A stretch of 64,000 bases of DNA from an uncultured Vicinamibacteraceae bacterium (GTDB lineage Bacteria; Acidobacteriota; Vicinamibacteria; Vicinamibacterales; UBA8438). A model generated the notes under the pieces. It saw nothing but the letters and a program-made list of their open reading frames with translations. It was not told the DNA's origin and made no database searches. Shown here one piece after another: positions 26,155 through 36,238 of the stretch. The position numbers were made by a program, and so were the translations under genes. Numbering within the stretch: position 1 is the first letter of the stretch; the number at the start of each line of letters is the position of its first letter. The stretch spans positions 6,240 to 70,239 of the forward strand of contig CAZJYU010000012.1 in assembly GCA_964550305.1 (NCBI GenBank), in the 5' to 3' direction.

Positions 26155-27258
26155 ATGCGTGGGCGCGCGTGCCTGTTGCCGGCCGCCGTGCTGATCGCGG
26201 CGGGCGTCGCCTGCGGGCCGGCGCCGGTGGATCCGCTCGAGGCCGTGCCGCGCTTTCGCCAGACGGCGCGGGCGCTCGCCGCCGAGGCCGAATCGGCGGG
26301 GCGGACCACGGTGCCGGGCCTGGACGACTGGCTGTTCTTCGGACCTGAGCTGCGGCACGTATCGGTCGGACCGTTCTGGGGCGCCGACGCCCCGGCGGCG
26401 AGCCGCAGGCGGCCGGCGGATGCCGCCGACCCGCTGGCGGCGATCCTTGACATGCGGGCCCAGCTCCGCGAATTGGGGATCGAGCTGATCATCATGCCGG
26501 TGCCGGCGAAGAGCGTCATCTACCCGGACCGTCTGGCGCCGGAGCTCGCGGATATCGAGGCGCCGCCGCGCCTCGACCCGGATCACGTGGTCTTCTATTC
26601 GCTGCTGCGCCAACAGGGAGTGGAGCTGCTCGACCTGACGGACCGTTTCGTGCAGGTCCGGAACCATCCGCGAGGTCCCCTCTATTGCCGCCGCGACACG
26701 CACTGGTCGGGTGTCGGCTGCGCCGTCGCCAGCGCGCAGCTCGCGGGCGCCCTGGTGTCGCGGTCGTGGTACGGCACGCCACCGGGAGACGCACCCTACG
26801 TGGCGGAGTGGCAGTCGGTGACGATCGGCGGCGACCTGGAACGCGAGGCGCCGACCGGCGCGGTGGGGGAGCGGCTTTCGCTCCGCACGATCCGGATCGC
26901 CAGCGAGGACGACAATGCGCCGTTCGTCCCGCCCGCGCCGGATCCGGACAGCCCGGTCGTCCTGCTGGGCGACAGCCACAACCTGGTGTTCCATGCCGGC
27001 GACGATATGCACGCAACCGGGGCGGGCCTCCCCGAACAGCTCGCCTTCGAGCTCGGTTTCCCGGTCGACGTCGTCGCGGTCCGCGGCTCCGCGTCCACCG
27101 CGGCGCGGGTCAGCCTGCTGCGCCGCGTCCAGGCCGACCCGAACTACTGGGATCGGAAGCGGATTGTGATCTGGGTTTTCTCGGTGCGCGAGTTCACCGA
27201 GGGGGACGGCTGGCCGCTCATCCCGATTCGGCCGGCGCCGTCCGGCGATCGCGGATGA
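26155..27258 (+). CDS. AlgX/AlgJ-like SGNH-fold polysaccharide O-acetyltransferase (DHHW family)
   Basis: Lipobox 'AAGVACG', 'RRDTHWS' (D-x-H-W) and 'LLGDSH'. I chose the ATG at 26155 inside listed ORF 26113..27258. Confidence 0.7.
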   Translation: MRGRACLLPAAVLIAAGVACGPAPVDPLEAVPRFRQTARALAAEAESAGRTTVPGLDDWLFFGPELRHVSVGPFWGADAPAASRRRPADAADPLAAILDMRAQLRELGIELIIMPVPAKSVIYPDRLAPELADIEAPPRLDPDHVVFYSLLRQQGVELLDLTDRFVQVRNHPRGPLYCRRDTHWSGVGCAVASAQLAGALVSRSWYGTPPGDAPYVAEWQSVTIGGDLEREAPTGAVGERLSLRTIRIASEDDNAPFVPPAPDPDSPVVLLGDSHNLVFHAGDDMHATGAGLPEQLAFELGFPVDVVAVRGSASTAARVSLLRRVQADPNYWDRKRIVIWVFSVREFTEGDGWPLIPIRPAPSGDRG

Positions 27259-28045
27259 CGCGAGCCGGTACGCCCGCCGCCACCGCGTAGGGCGGAATCG
27301 CGCCGCGGACCACCGCGCCGGCGCCGATGATCGCGTCGCGGCCCACCGTGGCGCCGTCCGCAATGACCACGTGCGCGCCGAGCCAGACGTGGTCGTCCAC
27401 CTCGATCCCTTGCGCGATCCGCGCCTGCTGCAGGACCGGGATGTCCGTGCGCGCATGGGCATGGTCGCCGCCCACGAGGTACGTGTACGCGGCGAGGAGG
27501 GCATACCGGCCGAGCCGAACCCGGCTGCCGGAGAAGATCTCGCAGTTGAAGCCGATGTTGGCGTGATCGTCGATGACGATGTCGCCGTTCTTGCAGCTCA
27601 GGATGGTTCCGCGCCCGATGAAGACTCCGCTGCCGATGTCGATGCCGCGGTTGTCGGTCCCCTTGGCGTCGAGACAGCAGTTGTCGTCGATCACGACGTT
27701 GTCGCCGATCCGGATCTTGTGGGGGTGGCGCAGGACGACGTTCGCCCCGAACGTGACGTTGCGTCCGACCCGCCCCAGGAGCCGCGGGTAGAGCTTCGAG
27801 CGGAGCCACAACCCGAGCGCGCCCGGCAGCGTGCCGGTCAGCGTGACGATCAGCTCGTACCGGACGAGGGCCCAGAATCCCGGCCGCCCGACGACGAGCG
27901 CGGCATACCGGGCGGCCTTCGACCGTCCGGACTCGAACAGCTCTTCCTGGATGTCGGTGATCCCGCCCCGCGGTTCGTGGCCGGCCGCGGCGTCCGCGGC
28001 GGCGGCCGGTGCGGTGGAGCCATCCGGAGGACTCGGCGTCGTCAC
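27218..28045 (-). CDS. left-handed beta-helix (hexapeptide-repeat) acyl/acetyltransferase
   Basis: Hexapeptide repeats 'IGDNVVIDDNCCL', 'IGSGVFIGRGTIL', 'IDDHANIGFNCEI' and 'VDDHVWLGAHVVI..GATVGRDAIIGAGAVV'. GTG start. Confidence 0.85.
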   Translation of the reverse strand: MTTPSPPDGSTAPAAAADAAAGHEPRGGITDIQEELFESGRSKAARYAALVVGRPGFWALVRYELIVTLTGTLPGALGLWLRSKLYPRLLGRVGRNVTFGANVVLRHPHKIRIGDNVVIDDNCCLDAKGTDNRGIDIGSGVFIGRGTILSCKNGDIVIDDHANIGFNCEIFSGSRVRLGRYALLAAYTYLVGGDHAHARTDIPVLQQARIAQGIEVDDHVWLGAHVVIADGATVGRDAIIGAGAVVRGAIPPYAVAAGVPARVIRDRRTAPAESG

Positions 28046-28156
28046 AGGCGTTTACCTCGCCCACAGCTTATCCGTTTCGTTCCCGCGGCGCGGTCGCGAC
28101 CCTCCCGGCGGGTCGTGGCCCGGTCGGGGGGCGCCTGTAGACTGGGCCGATCCTTC

Positions 28157-29575
28157 ATGGTCTTCAGCTCCCACCTTTTCCTTCTCTATTTCCTTCCCAC
28201 CGCGCTGCTCGTCTACTACGCCCTCCCGCGCCGCGGCCGCCACCTTGCCCTCGCGCTGCTCAGCTACACCTTTTACGGCTGGGCCAACCCCCTATTCGTC
28301 GTCCTGCTGCTCGCTTCCACCGTCGTCGATTTTGCCTGCGGTCTGGCGATCGGCGCCGCGCCCCCTGACCCCATGGGCGCGCGCCGGCGGCGGACCGCCG
28401 TCGCGGTGTCGGTTGCCACGAATCTGTCGCTCCTCGGCTTCTTCAAGTACGCCAACTTCGGCATCGACACGCTGAACGGCGTCGGCGCCGCCCTGGGCGC
28501 CGAATGGCTTGGCCTCGACACCGCGCTCCGCGTGACGCTGCCGCTCGGCATCAGCTTCTACACGTTCCAGTCGATGAGCTACACCATCGACGTGGCGCGC
28601 GGTCATGCCACGCCGCTCCGGAACTTTGTCGACTTCGCCTGCTACGTCTCGCTGTTCCCGCAGCTCGTCGCCGGCCCGATCATCCGGTTCGCCGGGATCG
28701 CCGACCAGCTTGCGCATCGGACTCACACTGCCGCCAAGTTCGCCCGCGGCGTCGCGTTCATCAGCCTGGGCCTGGCCAAGAAAGTGCTGCTCGCCAACCC
28801 CTGCGGGCGCATCGCGGACCTCGCATTCGACGCGGGCTCGGTCGCCACCCTCGACGCCTGGCTCGGCGTCGTCGCCTACGCGTTTCAGATCTACTTCGAC
28901 TTCAGCGGCTATTCCGACATGGCGATCGGCCTCGGGCTGATGCTCGGGTTCGTTTTTCCGAAAAACTTCGATTCGCCGTACCGCGCCGAGTCGATCACCG
29001 AGTTCTGGCGGCGGTGGCACCTGTCGCTTTCGTCCTGGCTGCGCGATTACCTCTACGTCCCGCTCGGGGGCAGCCGCCGCGGACCGCGTAGAACCTATGT
29101 CAACCTGGCCATCGTCATGTTGCTGGGAGGTCTCTGGCACGGCGCCGCCTGGACGTTCGTCTGCTGGGGCGGGTTCCATGGCGCGCTGCTCGCGCTGGAA
29201 CGGTGGCGTGGCGCGTCGCTGTATCCGTTCCTCCCGGCGCCGTTGCGCCGCGGTGCGACCTTTGGCCTGGTGCTGCTGAGCTGGGTGCTGTTCCGTGCCG
29301 CCGATCTGACTGCCGCCGCCGACTACTTCCGCAGTCTGGCGGGTCTCGCGCCGGTGACCGATCAGGCGCGCCTGCTCGGCCAGGTGATTACCGAGCCGTA
29401 CTCGCTGATGGCGCTCGGTTGCGCCGCCCTGATCACGTGGGGAGCGCCGCAGACGTGGGACTGGACGCGCAGGCTCACTGCGCCGAAGGCGGCGGTGGCC
29501 TTCGTCCTGCTCCTCGCGGCCTGGGGAGTGCTGGCCACGCAGGCGCACAACCCCTTCATCTACTTCATCTTCTGA
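28157..29575 (+). CDS. MBOAT-family membrane O-acyltransferase (AlgI/DltB-like)
   Basis: 'MVFSSHLFLLYFLP..', 'GISFYTFQSMSYTIDV', 'FWRRWHLSLSSWLRDYLYVPLGG' and 'GGLWHGAAW' are hallmark MBOAT blocks. The ATG at 28157 lies inside listed ORF 27371..29575. Confidence 0.92.
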   Translation: MVFSSHLFLLYFLPTALLVYYALPRRGRHLALALLSYTFYGWANPLFVVLLLASTVVDFACGLAIGAAPPDPMGARRRRTAVAVSVATNLSLLGFFKYANFGIDTLNGVGAALGAEWLGLDTALRVTLPLGISFYTFQSMSYTIDVARGHATPLRNFVDFACYVSLFPQLVAGPIIRFAGIADQLAHRTHTAAKFARGVAFISLGLAKKVLLANPCGRIADLAFDAGSVATLDAWLGVVAYAFQIYFDFSGYSDMAIGLGLMLGFVFPKNFDSPYRAESITEFWRRWHLSLSSWLRDYLYVPLGGSRRGPRRTYVNLAIVMLLGGLWHGAAWTFVCWGGFHGALLALERWRGASLYPFLPAPLRRGATFGLVLLSWVLFRAADLTAAADYFRSLAGLAPVTDQARLLGQVITEPYSLMALGCAALITWGAPQTWDWTRRLTAPKAAVAFVLLLAAWGVLATQAHNPFIYFIF

Positions 29576-29585
29576 GAGTGCCGCG

Positions 29586-31319
29586 ATGTCCGGAGACGTG
29601 ACCGATCGCCCTCCCCGCGCCGAGCTGCAACGGATTGCGCAGGCCCGCGCCGAAGCGGGGGTGACGGCGGTCACGCCGTTCGTGGCGCGGGCCCTGGCCG
29701 CGACCTTCGTCGCCGCGCTCGTCCTGCCGCACGCCGGGCAGCTCGTGAGCGAGCCGGGGTTCTACCGGGACCTGGCGGCGACGCCGCCGCCGGCGGCGGC
29801 ACTTCGGGCGGCGGGCACGGAGCCCGCGGCGGGCGGCGCCCGGGCGCTGATCGCGCGCGTCACCGCCGCCAACCGGACGCTGCTTGCCCGCGCTCGGGCG
29901 ATCGAGGACCGCCTCGCGGACGACTCGGTCATCGGGCGGCGCATCCGCCCGGTCGTGCAGGCCGCCCTTACCCGCTGGCTCGGCGCGGGCACGGCGCAGG
30001 TGGATCTGGGCGGAAGCGGCTGGCTCTTCTACCGCGCCGACCTGGATCACGCGACCGGTCCCGGCTTCCTCGAACCCCGCATCCTGCGCCGCCGCGCCGC
30101 CGCTGGCGATACTCTCACGGCCGGCCGCGCGCCGGATCCGCGTCCTGCGCTGACCGCACTGCACGCGCAGTTGGCGGCGCGCGGCATCCGCCTGATGGTC
30201 GCGCCGGTCCCGGTGAAGCCGTCGGCCGACGCGGACCGTGCGGGAGGCAACGGCGGGGGGGAGTTCCGCTCGGCGGTCGTGCCCAACGTTTCATGGCCGA
30301 CCTTCGAGCGTGATCTCGACGCCGCGGGGGTCACGCGGTTCGATGTCCACGCCACGTTGGCGGCGCTGCACGCCGAGGGACGCGCGCCGTTGTACCTGGC
30401 CACCGACACGCACTGGCGTCCGGCGACGGTGCAGCGCGTCGCAGCGGATCTCGCCCGGTTCATCGAGCAGTCCGTCACCCTGGCGCCGCGCGCCGAGGGT
30501 TACGCGACGCGCGCCGTGCAGGTTGCCAACATCGGCGACACCGCGCGCCTGCTCGATCTCGGACCGTCAGGGCGCGGCTATCCGCCGGAGACGGTGACGC
30601 TCCGCCGCGTCGAAACACCGGCGGCCGCCCCGTGGCGGCCGTCGCGCGACGCCGAGGTGCTGCTGCTGGGCGACAGCTTCACGAACGTGTACGCGCTCGA
30701 CGCGCTCGGGTGGGGCGTCTCGGCCGGCCTCGCGGAGCAACTCAGCGTCGAGCTGGGGCGCCCAGTCGATCGGATTGCCCAGAACGATCAGGGCGCCGTG
30801 GCGCCGCGGCGCCTTCTGGCGGCGGCGATGGCGCGCGAACCGCAGCGATTCGCACGGACCCGCGTCGTCGTCTATCAGTTCGCCACCCGCGAGCTGTCGC
30901 AGGGCGACTGGGCAATCGTCGATCTGCCGCCGCCGGGCGCCCCGGCGCCCGTCCGCCCGCCCGATCTCTGGTCGCCGGACGGCTCCGGGCGGACTATCGT
31001 CGAGGCGACCCTTGTCGCCGCCGGTAGCGTGCCGCGCCCCGGATCCGTGCCCTACCGCGATCACATCGTCGCGCTTCACCTGACGGCGATCGAGATCGTC
31101 GAGGGTGCCGCCGCCGGCGCCGGGCGCGACGCCGTGGTCTACGTCCGGAGCATGATCGACAACGAGCTGACGCCGGCCGCGGCGTGGCAGCCGGGCGACC
31201 GCGTGCGGCTCGCCATCGAGGCGTGGGCCAACGTGGCGCCCGATCTGGACGGCATCAACCGCGGCGAGCTGACCGATCCGTCCCTGCTTCTCGCCTTGCC
31301 ATGGTGGGGCGTGCCTTGA
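29586..31319 (+). CDS. AlgJ/AlgX-like SGNH-fold O-acetyltransferase (DHHW family) with an N-terminal TM anchor and an extra C-terminal module
   Basis: 'LATDTHWR', 'LLLGDSFT' and 'VVYQFATRELSQGDW', which parallels 'VIWVFSVREFTEGDGW' of the 26155 protein. Confidence 0.7.
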   Translation: MSGDVTDRPPRAELQRIAQARAEAGVTAVTPFVARALAATFVAALVLPHAGQLVSEPGFYRDLAATPPPAAALRAAGTEPAAGGARALIARVTAANRTLLARARAIEDRLADDSVIGRRIRPVVQAALTRWLGAGTAQVDLGGSGWLFYRADLDHATGPGFLEPRILRRRAAAGDTLTAGRAPDPRPALTALHAQLAARGIRLMVAPVPVKPSADADRAGGNGGGEFRSAVVPNVSWPTFERDLDAAGVTRFDVHATLAALHAEGRAPLYLATDTHWRPATVQRVAADLARFIEQSVTLAPRAEGYATRAVQVANIGDTARLLDLGPSGRGYPPETVTLRRVETPAAAPWRPSRDAEVLLLGDSFTNVYALDALGWGVSAGLAEQLSVELGRPVDRIAQNDQGAVAPRRLLAAAMAREPQRFARTRVVVYQFATRELSQGDWAIVDLPPPGAPAPVRPPDLWSPDGSGRTIVEATLVAAGSVPRPGSVPYRDHIVALHLTAIEIVEGAAAGAGRDAVVYVRSMIDNELTPAAAWQPGDRVRLAIEAWANVAPDLDGINRGELTDPSLLLALPWWGVP

Positions 31320-31391
31320 TCCGAAGCGGCTCCCCCGAGGCGGTGGCGGGGCGGGAGCGCCCGCCCATGCGCCATGTCCGGCCGCCCTCAC

Positions 31392-31400
31392 TGGTATTCT
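31392..31400 (+). promoter_or_regulatory. Extended -10-like TGG-TATTCT, 7 nt upstream of the GTG at 31408
   Basis: TGGTATTCT-GTCGCGC-GTG. Confidence 0.3.
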
Positions 31401-31407
31401 GTCGCGC

Positions 31408-32451
31408 GTGGCCCGGATTGTGGTCGTCACCTCCCAGCCGCCGTTTGCCGAAGGCGGACACCTGGTGCTCGCCCGTGCGCTGGTCGGGGCGCTGACGGAG
31501 CGCGGCCATCGCGCGACGCTGCTGCTAACGCCTCAGAACCGCTTCGGGCGGCAGGGCGCGGCGTATCTTTCCACGTGGCTCACCGACGTCGGGCAAACGG
31601 CTGAGGGCGACCCGGTCGATCAGGTGATCAGTCTGCGTTTTCCCAGCTACGCGGTCCGGCACCCGCGGCACGTCTGCTGGCTGAATCACCGGATGCGGGA
31701 GTACTACGACGAGTGGCCGCGGTTCAGCGCGTCGCTCTCCTGGCGCAACCGGGTGAAGGAAGGCGTCCGCCGCCGACTGATCCACGCCGCAGACCGGTAC
31801 TTGCTGACGCGCAACGTCACGCGCGTCGCGGTCCTGTCGCGGACGGTTCAGACGCGGCTGACGGTCTGGGGCGGGATTCCGTCGGAGGTCGTGTATCCGC
31901 CTCCGCCGCCGCGGCCGTACCGGTGCGACCGCTACGGTGACGAGCTGCTGGTCGCCTCGCGTTTGACGCCGCTCAAGCGGATCGGGCTGGTGCTGGACGC
32001 GCTACGGGAGCCGGCGGCCGCGTCGGTGCGTTGCGTCATCGCGGGCGATGGCGAAGAACGCGACGCGCTGGCGGCGCGGATCGAGGCCGAAGGTCTGGCC
32101 TCCCGCGTGCGGTTGCTGGGTCGCGTGAGCGACGCCGAGCTGGTCGAGCTGCTCGCCGCCTGCCGCGCCGTCTGCTTCCCGCCCGCCCGGGAGGACTACG
32201 GCCTGGTAACGGTCGAGGCGTTCGCCTCGGGCAAGCCGGTAATCACCTGCACCGACAGCGGCGGGCCCGCCGAGCTCGTGGAAGCGGGCGTCAACGGCTG
32301 CGTCGTCGAGCCGGAGGCGCCCGCGCTGGCGGAGGCGATGGCCCGGCTGGCGGAGGATGCGGCGCTCGCGGAGCGGATGGGCGCGGCGGCGCGCGAGCGG
32401 GCGGCGGAGATGACGTGGGATCGGGCGGTGGAGCGGCTGCTGCTGGTGTGA
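31408..32451 (+). CDS. GT4-family glycosyltransferase
   Basis: 'ARIVVVTSQPPFAEGGH' and GT-B C-terminal 'FPPAREDYGLVTVEAFASGKPVITCTDSGGPAELV'. Confidence 0.85.
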   Translation: MARIVVVTSQPPFAEGGHLVLARALVGALTERGHRATLLLTPQNRFGRQGAAYLSTWLTDVGQTAEGDPVDQVISLRFPSYAVRHPRHVCWLNHRMREYYDEWPRFSASLSWRNRVKEGVRRRLIHAADRYLLTRNVTRVAVLSRTVQTRLTVWGGIPSEVVYPPPPPRPYRCDRYGDELLVASRLTPLKRIGLVLDALREPAAASVRCVIAGDGEERDALAARIEAEGLASRVRLLGRVSDAELVELLAACRAVCFPPAREDYGLVTVEAFASGKPVITCTDSGGPAELVEAGVNGCVVEPEAPALAEAMARLAEDAALAERMGAAARERAAEMTWDRAVERLLLV

Positions 32452-32540
32452 TCCCCTCCGGGGAGTCGGCCCTGCACGCGCCCGCGACACGTGCTGTAGA
32501 CTCGACACACTCCACACCATCCGACGCACTGGACGGCGAC

Positions 32541-33353
32541 ATGGCGTACCGAAGCACCCTCGAGCGGAGGCTGGCGCGCAAGGCGACGCGCGCGATCAAG
32601 ACGTTCGACCTGGTCGAGCCGGACGACCGCATCATGGTGGGCCTCTCGGGGGGTAAGGACAGTTGGGCGCTGATGCAGTTGCTCGACGTCCTGCGGCAGC
32701 GCGCGCCGTTTCCCTTCTCGCTCGTGGCGGTGAACGTCGATTCGGGCTACACCGACTACCGCCATGACGTCATCGCGCGCGAATGCGAGGCGCGGGGCTG
32801 GGAGTACCGGATCGAGCACACCGGAATCGGCGAGATCATGGACGACGTGCTCGACGCGGATGCCACGCCGTGCTCGCTATGCGCCCGTCTCCGCCGCGGC
32901 GTCCTGTACCGGATCGCGTCCGACGTCGGCGCGACGAAGATTGCGCTGGGCCACCACGCGGACGATTTCATCGAGACGCTCCTGCTGAACCTGCTCTTTG
33001 CCGGATCGCTGAAGGCGATGCCGGCGCGCCTCGTCTCCGACGACCGCCGGCACGTCGTCATCCGCCCCCTGGTCTACATCGCGGAGGATGAAGCCCGCGC
33101 CTACACCCGGGCCTGCGGACTGGAAGTGATCGGGTGCTGCTGCCCGGTCTGCGGCGACCTGAGCCTGAAGCGCCAGCGGGTGAAGCGTTGGCTCCTGGAT
33201 CTCGAACGGGAACACCCCGGCGTGAAGAGTTCCATCCTTAAGGCGCTCAGCAACGTCGCGCCGCGCCACCTTCTGGACACGCGGCTCAACCCGCCCGCCG
33301 AGCTGCGCGCCGACCCAGCGGTGGAGGCGGCCGTCGCGGCATGCGCGCCGTAG
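32541..33353 (+). CDS. ttcA: tRNA 2-thiocytidine(32) synthetase
   Basis: PP-loop 'VGLSGGKDS', '[10 protein letters not shown]' and 'CCCPVCG'. The ATG at 32541 lies inside listed ORF 32031..33353. Confidence 0.9.
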   Translation: MAYRSTLERRLARKATRAIKTFDLVEPDDRIMVGLSGGKDSWALMQLLDVLRQRAPFPFSLVAVNVDSGYTDYRHDVIARECEARGWEYRIEHTGIGEIMDDVLDADATPCSLCARLRRGVLYRIASDVGATKIALGHHADDFIETLLLNLLFAGSLKAMPARLVSDDRRHVVIRPLVYIAEDEARAYTRACGLEVIGCCCPVCGDLSLKRQRVKRWLLDLEREHPGVKSSILKALSNVAPRHLLDTRLNPPAELRADPAVEAAVAACAP

Positions 33354-33790
33354 TGCAGCGCGTCCGCCGCGCGTCGGTCACCGTCGAGGGACGGGTGGCC
33401 GGCATGATCGGCCCCGGTCTTCTCGTCCTGCTTGGTGTCGGTCGCGCGGACGGCGCGAGCGATGCCGACTGGATGGCGGACAAGGTGGCGAGCCTGCGGA
33501 TCTTCGGCGACGACGCGGGTCAGATGAACCGGTGCGTGGCGGACGTAAAGGGGGCGCTGCTGATCGTCTCGCAGTTCACGCTGTATGGCGACTGCCGCAA
33601 GGGCCGCCGGCCGTCGTACATCGCGGCGGCGGAGCCGGCGCGGGCGCGTGTGCTCTACCTCGCGATGGTCGACCGGCTGCGCACGACGGGCCACACGGTC
33701 GAGACGGGGGAATTCGGCGCGATGATGGATGTGGAGCTCGTCAACGACGGTCCCGTGACGCTCATGCTCGACAGCGAGCGCACCTTCTAG
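33341..33790 (+). CDS. dtd: D-aminoacyl-tRNA deacylase
   Basis: 'MRAVVQRV', '[10 protein letters not shown]', 'SQFTLYGD' and 'NDGPVT'. 149 aa. Confidence 0.93.
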   Translation: MRAVVQRVRRASVTVEGRVAGMIGPGLLVLLGVGRADGASDADWMADKVASLRIFGDDAGQMNRCVADVKGALLIVSQFTLYGDCRKGRRPSYIAAAEPARARVLYLAMVDRLRTTGHTVETGEFGAMMDVELVNDGPVTLMLDSERTF

Positions 33791-33791
33791 A

Positions 33792-34664
33792 ATGGTGCCC
33801 ATGCGACGTCCCGGTGTGCTTCGGGGTGCAGCTCCCGCCCTGCTGCTGGTGATCCTGTTCGCCACGTCGCCGGCCGGCGCGCAACAGCGGCCGCTCGTCA
33901 CCGAGGATCCCGAGTCGATCGGCGCCGGCCTCGTCCTCGTCGAAGCGGGCATGGACTATCTGCGGGATCGGGTATTTCCGGTCTCCGGCCTGACCGGCCA
34001 CATGATGAGCGGTCCGGTTCTCGGCATCAGCATGGGGGTCAGCTCGATCGCCGAGGTGCAGATTGACGGCATCTCGTACGATTCGCTCCGGATCACCGAC
34101 CGGATGAACGCGCCGCTTTCGCACATGCTGCGGATCAACGGCGACACGACCGCCAGTTGGTCCGACATCGTCGTGGGCGCGAAGACGCGACTGCTCTCCG
34201 AGGGGGCGCGCCGCCCCGGCATTGCCCTCCGGTTCGCGACCAAGCTGCCCTTCGCCAGCAACGAAGAGGGGATCGGCCTTGACACGATCGACTTCTACAA
34301 TTCGGTGCTGATCGGGAAGACGGTCGGTCAGGTCCGCGTCGTCGGCAATCTCGGTCTCGGCATTCTGAGCGACCCTACACGAGGCGACCGGCAGAACGAT
34401 GTGCTCACGTACGGTATCTCCTTCGCCCGGGCGTTCGCGGAGGGGGCGGAAGTGGTGGCGGAAGTGGCAGGCCACAACAATACGCGGCGGGGTACGCCGC
34501 CTCCCGGAACTGACAGCTCCGGCGTAGCGCGATTCGGGGCGCGGCTCACGCGGGGGACGGTCCGCATCGACGCCGCGCTGCTCAGCGGTCTCACCGTCCG
34601 GGATCCGAGTCTCGGCTTCACCGCCGGCTTCACCTGGGTGTTCCGCGCCGTCGAGATCCCGTGA
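33792..34664 (+). CDS. outer-membrane beta-barrel protein (possibly MetA-pathway/transporter-like)
   Basis: Signal peptide 'LLLVILFATSPAGAQQ' with a beta-rich alternating pattern. The family assignment is tentative. Confidence 0.45.
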   Translation: MVPMRRPGVLRGAAPALLLVILFATSPAGAQQRPLVTEDPESIGAGLVLVEAGMDYLRDRVFPVSGLTGHMMSGPVLGISMGVSSIAEVQIDGISYDSLRITDRMNAPLSHMLRINGDTTASWSDIVVGAKTRLLSEGARRPGIALRFATKLPFASNEEGIGLDTIDFYNSVLIGKTVGQVRVVGNLGLGILSDPTRGDRQNDVLTYGISFARAFAEGAEVVAEVAGHNNTRRGTPPPGTDSSGVARFGARLTRGTVRIDAALLSGLTVRDPSLGFTAGFTWVFRAVEIP

Positions 34665-35476
34665 GTGGTGCGGGCGCGCTCCCGTACGTGAAGGGCGACG
34701 CGTACGGCAACGACTTTCTGCTGATCGCGCACGGTGCGGTACGCGACGCCACGCGGGGCGGTCTCGCGTCGCTGGCGCGCACGATGTGCGATCGGCGGAC
34801 GGGCGTGGGAGCGGATGGCCTGATCGCGTGGCGCGCCACACCCGAGGGTGCGTCTATGGAACTGCGGAATGCGGACGGTAGCGCCGCCGAGGTGTCGGGT
34901 AACGGCGTTCGTTGCCTGGCCGCGCTGTTGGTGGAACAGCACGCTGCGGCCGGATCGATCACCATCGCCACGGCTGGAGGCGACAAGGTACTCACGTTGC
35001 TCGACGCCGCTCCACCCCGTTATACCTTCCGCGCCCGGATGGGAATGCCACGCGATCTGGCGGAGGAGATGCTCATGGTCGGGGACGAGACGGTTCGGGC
35101 CGTGACGCTGTCGGTCGGCAATCCGCAGTGCGTGGTCCTCCTTTCGTCGATGGCGGAGGCGGAACGCCGCCTCGCGCAGCTCGGCCCGGCGCTTGCGACG
35201 CATGCTCGATTTCCCCACGGAACCAACGTGGAGTTGGCCGTCGTCGAACGATCCGATCGGGTGCGGATCCTGATCTGGGAGCGGGGCGTCGGGCCGACCG
35301 CGGCTTCCGGGACCGGCGCGTGCGCGGCGGCGGTCGCCGCGGCCCGCTACGGGGGCGCCGGCCGGGAGGTGGATGTGGTCTCGCCGGGCGGGTTGCAGCG
35401 AGTGGCATGGACGGAAGCAGGGATCGACCTGACCGGCTGGGCCGAGCTGGTGGCGCGGGGCGAATGGACCGCGTAG
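34661..35476 (+). CDS. dapF: diaminopimelate epimerase
   Basis: 'KGDAYGNDFLLI', 'SGNGVRCLA', 'GNPQCVV' and 'ERGVGPTAASGTGACAAA'. There is a GTGA overlap with the upstream stop. Confidence 0.92.
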   Translation: MSGAGALPYVKGDAYGNDFLLIAHGAVRDATRGGLASLARTMCDRRTGVGADGLIAWRATPEGASMELRNADGSAAEVSGNGVRCLAALLVEQHAAAGSITIATAGGDKVLTLLDAAPPRYTFRARMGMPRDLAEEMLMVGDETVRAVTLSVGNPQCVVLLSSMAEAERRLAQLGPALATHARFPHGTNVELAVVERSDRVRILIWERGVGPTAASGTGACAAAVAAARYGGAGREVDVVSPGGLQRVAWTEAGIDLTGWAELVARGEWTA

Positions 35477-35562
35477 GAGCTTCCGTCGCAGGCACGGGGC
35501 GCGACGGCCGATGGTGTAGGATGGGGGTCGAATTCGGTACGGATCTTGCACCACCATGTCGC

Positions 35563-36228
35563 ATGCGAGATCTGGCGCCGCACGACCGGCCGCGCGAGAA
35601 GCTGCAGCGTCTCGGCGCCACGGCGCTCGGTGACAACGAGTTGCTGGCCGTGGTGCTCGGACATGGCTCCGGGCAAGAAAACGCCCTCGACATCGCCAAC
35701 CGCGTGCTGACCCAGGCCGGCGGCGTACACGGTCTGGCCCGGACGTACGATAGCCAGCTTCTGCGGGTGACCGGCGTGGGGCCGGCGATGGCGGGCCGGA
35801 TCGTGGCGGCAGTCGAGTTGGGACGCCGGACACTCGCGGTGCCGGAGGCGCGGGCTCAACTCAACGGCCCGCGCGAGGTGGCGCGCTATCTGCTGCCCAG
35901 ATTCGGCGCGCGGGCGGTAGAGCAGTTCGGCGTGGTCCTGCTGGATACGCGCCACCGGGTGCTCCGGACGGTTGTGTTGTCGGTCGGAACGGTGGATGCG
36001 AGTCTGGTCCATCCGCGAGACGTTTTCCGCACCGCCGCGTCGGCGGGCGCGTCGGTGATCGTACTGTTTCACAATCATCCCTCCGGGGATCCGACGCCGA
36101 GTGAAGATGACGTGCTGCTTACAGTCCGGCTGGTCGAAGCGGGCCAGTTGATGGGGATTGAGGTGCTGGATCACCTCGTGCTGGCCGACGCGAGTTACTT
36201 CAGCTTCCGGCAGGAGGGACGGCTGTAG
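35563..36228 (+). CDS. radC: RadC-family JAB-domain protein
   Basis: 'DRPREKL...LGDNELLAVVL' and the JAMM motif 'HNHPSGDPTPSEDD'. The ATG at 35563 lies inside listed ORF 34912..36228. Confidence 0.9.
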   Translation: MRDLAPHDRPREKLQRLGATALGDNELLAVVLGHGSGQENALDIANRVLTQAGGVHGLARTYDSQLLRVTGVGPAMAGRIVAAVELGRRTLAVPEARAQLNGPREVARYLLPRFGARAVEQFGVVLLDTRHRVLRTVVLSVGTVDASLVHPRDVFRTAASAGASVIVLFHNHPSGDPTPSEDDVLLTVRLVEAGQLMGIEVLDHLVLADASYFSFRQEGRL

Positions 36229-36238
36229 CCGTCGGGCC

